From the IMG/VR virus record IMGVR_UViG_3300003316_000307: DNA of 64,000 bases; one strand, given 5' to 3'. Origin of the DNA: a virus. Taxonomy: Duplodnaviria > Caudoviricetes. Both the position numbers and the translations under genes were made by a program. The notes under the pieces are model-generated. The model saw only the letters and a list, made by a program, of their open reading frames with translations, searched no databases and was not told the DNA's origin. The number at the start of each line of letters is the position of its first letter. Positions within the stretch are counted from its first letter, which is position 1. This document shows positions 61,091 through 64,000 of this stretch, piece by piece.

Positions 61091-61331
61091 TGTTATGAGT
61101 GATCTAAAAAAAGATATTGATTTCATTCAAAATATTGAAAAAAATATTAATGAAATTAATAAAGATAAAAATACCCTATTAGAAGAAAATAAGTATGAAT
61201 TAAAAAGGATTGCCAAATCCATAGAAAATCAATTCAATGATGAAAAAATTTCTATGATTAAGCCTAAAATTTTCAATAAGCAAGAAAAAAATTTTTTTAA
61301 AAGAATAATAAGTAAAATATTTAAATTATGA
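61083..61331 (+). CDS. Hypothetical protein
   Basis: 82-aa coupled ORF. Confidence 0.5.
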   Translation: MFNVMSDLKKDIDFIQNIEKNINEINKDKNTLLEENKYELKRIAKSIENQFNDEKISMIKPKIFNKQEKNFFKRIISKIFKL

Positions 61332-62050
61332 TTGATAAAAATAAAATAAATAAAACACTATATTTTGATATTGAAGTTGTTAGTGAATATGATAATATTG
61401 AAACATTTAAAATTACAGAACCTAGTTATTATAAACATTGGGAAAAAATTGTTTCAAAATATAAAGAAACTGAAAATTGGTCATTGGAAGATGAAAATAA
61501 TGCATATATAAAGTATGCTCCATTATATGCTGAATTTTCAAAAATTATAAGCATTGCATTTGGAACAACAAAATATGTTTCTGATGATGTATCAATTAAT
61601 ATTAAATCTATTTCATCAGTCAATGAATTAGACTTACTAAAATCATTTTCAAATGTATTGGCTAAAGCATATTCAGCAAATAGTGATGAAATATTGTGTG
61701 GTCATAATATAATTGAATATGATATTCCATTTTTAATTAAACGTTTTATAAAAAACGGAATTACAATTCCAAATTTATTAAGAAAAACAATTGATGCAAA
61801 ACCTTGGGAATTAAATGTTTTAGATACAATTAAATTTTGGAAATTTAATGGACAAAGATTTGCATCATTAAGCTTAATTACTGATTTTCTTAAAATAGAA
61901 TCACCCAAATCAGACATAGATGGATCAATGGTAAATCCATTGTTTTGGAAATCATCAGATAAAACTGAAATCTTAGAAAGAATTGGCAAATATAATGAAG
62001 CAGATGTTAAAGCAACGATTGATTTAGTTCTAAAATTAGCATCTCTTTAA
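61328..62050 (+). CDS. Stand-alone PolB-type 3'-5' exonuclease (DEDDy)
   Basis: FDIEV, GHNIIEYDIPF, LDTIKFW, YNEADV. Confidence 0.88.
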   Translation: MIDKNKINKTLYFDIEVVSEYDNIETFKITEPSYYKHWEKIVSKYKETENWSLEDENNAYIKYAPLYAEFSKIISIAFGTTKYVSDDVSINIKSISSVNELDLLKSFSNVLAKAYSANSDEILCGHNIIEYDIPFLIKRFIKNGITIPNLLRKTIDAKPWELNVLDTIKFWKFNGQRFASLSLITDFLKIESPKSDIDGSMVNPLFWKSSDKTEILERIGKYNEADVKATIDLVLKLASL

Positions 62051-62062
62051 GTATTTATTAAT

Positions 62063-62278
62063 ATGAAAGAAAGTACTAAAAATTCATTAAAATTACTTGT
62101 TGTAGGACTTAGTTTTATTTTAATTTTTTCATTAATAACATTCCTTGTTCCAGATGAAAGTATTTTTAAAAAAGTTTTTGGATATCTATTATTCTTAACA
62201 TTAATATTTGGAATAATTTGGTTTACAGGTCTTGGAAATCCAATAAAAAACTTATATAGAAAAATATTTAAAAAATAA
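62063..62278 (+). CDS. Small two-TM late protein (holin candidate)
   Basis: Two TM helices, basic C-tail, late motif at 62051. Confidence 0.4.
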   Translation: MKESTKNSLKLLVVGLSFILIFSLITFLVPDESIFKKVFGYLLFLTLIFGIIWFTGLGNPIKNLYRKIFKK

Positions 62279-62829
62279 TGGATGAATATATAATAAAATT
62301 TGGGCATCATAATTTTAAACCAAACAAAATTAAATTTTTTACTAAAAATAATTTAGTAATTAAAGGATATTTTGATAAATCGTGTTTATATGATTTTAAT
62401 GATATTGATGATTATGATATAAATAAATTAGCAGGGTTTTCAACTTCTATTCATCATGAAGTTCAATCAGCCAGAGTAGGTTGGAGGCCATCAAGATTAA
62501 TACCCGGAAATATTGATTTATTAACATATGTTCATGATAACAATTCAATAATTGATACTTTATTAAATGTTATTTTTGGAAATCCAATTGAAAGAAAAGA
62601 TGATAGATTTATTATGAGTGTGGCACCAGATGAAATATTCAAAATAAATTTAATTGCAACTGATAATGCATATATCTTTTTAGCAGAAAATAAAAAAAAT
62701 ACATCAGAAATAAAAATTGAAATTTCTAAAAAGAAACGTAAATTTCCATTTAAATATCTTTTAACTCCATATTTTGGTGGCAATAAAAAAGCACCAAAGA
62801 AAATGAAATTATATCTTGACAAATTATAA
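62278..62829 (+). CDS. Hypothetical beta-sandwich protein
   Basis: DINKL.GFS...SARVGWR...PYFGGN..AP. Confidence 0.6.
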   Translation: MDEYIIKFGHHNFKPNKIKFFTKNNLVIKGYFDKSCLYDFNDIDDYDINKLAGFSTSIHHEVQSARVGWRPSRLIPGNIDLLTYVHDNNSIIDTLLNVIFGNPIERKDDRFIMSVAPDEIFKINLIATDNAYIFLAENKKNTSEIKIEISKKKRKFPFKYLLTPYFGGNKKAPKKMKLYLDKL

Positions 62830-62879
62830 ACCACATATTTCATACTCCTTTCAACTATTTAATTTAAAAAGAAAGGAAT

Positions 62880-64000
62880 ATGAATTCATCATTTATTGCA
62901 GTTAAAGGTCAAGATGCATTATTCTTATTTAATACTGGAGTAACTTATATTGCAACAACAACTAAACCAGTTTATGTTGAATATAATTCAAATATATACA
63001 AAACAACAGTTAATACTGGCCCAAATGTTATTCCACCATCATCTCCTTGGATATTATTAGGTGGAGTACCAGCAAGTGGAGTTACTTCAATAACAGCAAA
63101 TGGTGGTTTGTCTGGAGGAACAATAACAAGTACTGGTAGTATTGGTATAAATTCAGTTATCAGTGCTGGTTCAAGAACACTTGCAAATATTAGTTTTGAT
63201 AAATATGGTAGAATTACTGGTGCCACCAATGGTAGTGCAGTTACTTCAATTACTGCTGGTAGTGGTTTGTCTGGAGGAACAATAACAACCACTGGTACAA
63301 TCAGTCTACCAGATACTGGTGTTAGTGCAAATACATATACATTAGCTACAATAACAGTTGATCAAAAAGGTAGAATAACATCAGCATCAAATGGTACTGC
63401 AGGAGGTGCAGTTAGTTCAATACAAACAACTGCAGGAATTACTGGAGGTACAATAACAACTACTGGCACAATTGGACTTGCGGATAGTGGTGTTTTAGCT
63501 GCATCATATTCATTTCCTACCATAACTGTCGATAGAAGTGGTAGAATAATATCAGCATCAAGTAATTCAATTCCATCAGGAACAGTCACTCAAGTTCAAA
63601 CAATTAATGGAATTAGTGGTGGTACAATAACAACTACTGGTTCTGTCGGTTTAACAAGTACTGGAGTAAATGCAGGTTCATATACCTCTGCAAATATAAC
63701 AATTGATAAATTTGGTAGAATTACAACTGCTTCTAATGGAAGTGGTAGTGCAACATTGCCCGGTGGAGCAAATACATATGTTCAATATAATGAAGCAGGT
63801 GGCTTTAGTGGTACAACAGCATTTACCTATAATAAAATTAGTAAATTAGTTTCTATTAATCTATTGAATTTAATTTCAACGCCTACGTCAGGTAGTACAA
63901 CTGATCAAATATTAACAAGGGATACTTCAACAGGTAATATTAGAAGAATTTCTTCCAATTTACTTAAAACAACTCCGGGAGGTGCAAATGGACAATTTCA
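62880..64000 (+). CDS. Tail fibre protein with tandem ~55-aa repeats, 3'-partial (missed by ORF track)
   Basis: ATG 62880 MNSSFIAVKGQ...; four repeats of V.SI....G.SGGTITTTG.I.L...GV.A..Y....ITVD..GRI.SASN; open to window end. Confidence 0.8.
   Translation, partial: MNSSFIAVKGQDALFLFNTGVTYIATTTKPVYVEYNSNIYKTTVNTGPNVIPPSSPWILLGGVPASGVTSITANGGLSGGTITSTGSIGINSVISAGSRTLANISFDKYGRITGATNGSAVTSITAGSGLSGGTITTTGTISLPDTGVSANTYTLATITVDQKGRITSASNGTAGGAVSSIQTTAGITGGTITTTGTIGLADSGVLAASYSFPTITVDRSGRIISASSNSIPSGTVTQVQTINGISGGTITTTGSVGLTSTGVNAGSYTSANITIDKFGRITTASNGSGSATLPGGANTYVQYNEAGGFSGTTAFTYNKISKLVSINLLNLISTPTSGSTTDQILTRDTSTGNIRRISSNLLKTTPGGANGQF

Noticed and set aside
62532-62843. Minus-strand ORF with AAAGGAG upstream
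   Set aside because: SD-like sequence is only 1 nt from the ATG, and the ORF is antisense to a credible gene
126-63589. Short minus-strand and nested ORFs in the track (e.g. 126..401, 4816..5022, 14407..14802, 35566..35763, 56537..56842, 62972..63292, 63362..63589)
   Set aside because: Shadows of longer + strand genes, with antisense-type composition and no promoters
1-64000. Stop-codon reassignment
   Set aside because: Genes are long and tightly packed under the standard code; TGA (1182, 10555) and TAG (54088) act as real stops

Overview
This very AT-rich, gene-dense window is almost entirely + strand and comes from a large lytic tailed (myovirus-like) phage. The host is very probably in Bacteroidota: TTTG-N~21-TAnnTTTG promoters are present, translation starts are A-rich and Shine-Dalgarno sites are essentially absent. 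The window holds tail-fibre/adhesin genes (1-8.3 kb and 62.9-64 kb), an SNF2 helicase and family B DNA polymerase, and a late cluster of NUDIX, WYL, GNAT+2H-phosphoesterase, ParB-like and glycosyltransferase genes. A baseplate module follows (gp25- and gp6-like, a Hint-domain-tailed protein, duplicated collar-like genes, poly-Thr/beta-propeller proteins). After it come RuvC, GIY-YIG, phosphoesterase, sHSP, primase, ECF sigma, a Mre11-Rad50 fusion and lysis-like genes. The best candidate for an undescribed system is a DUF2828-type (TROVE/Ro60-like) vWA gene at 43.9-45.5 kb. Inside its terminated transcript it is followed by three covarying stem-loop RNA units sharing a T(A/T)CAGCAA motif, and a degenerate fourth copy masks its own start codon. 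Other leads are a candidate virion O-glycosylation module (plant GT95/96-like enzyme next to mucin-like poly-Thr proteins), domains split across genes, protease-site-punctuated cargo proteins and strict CCWGG avoidance. All family calls are from motif recognition by eye; no database searches were run.
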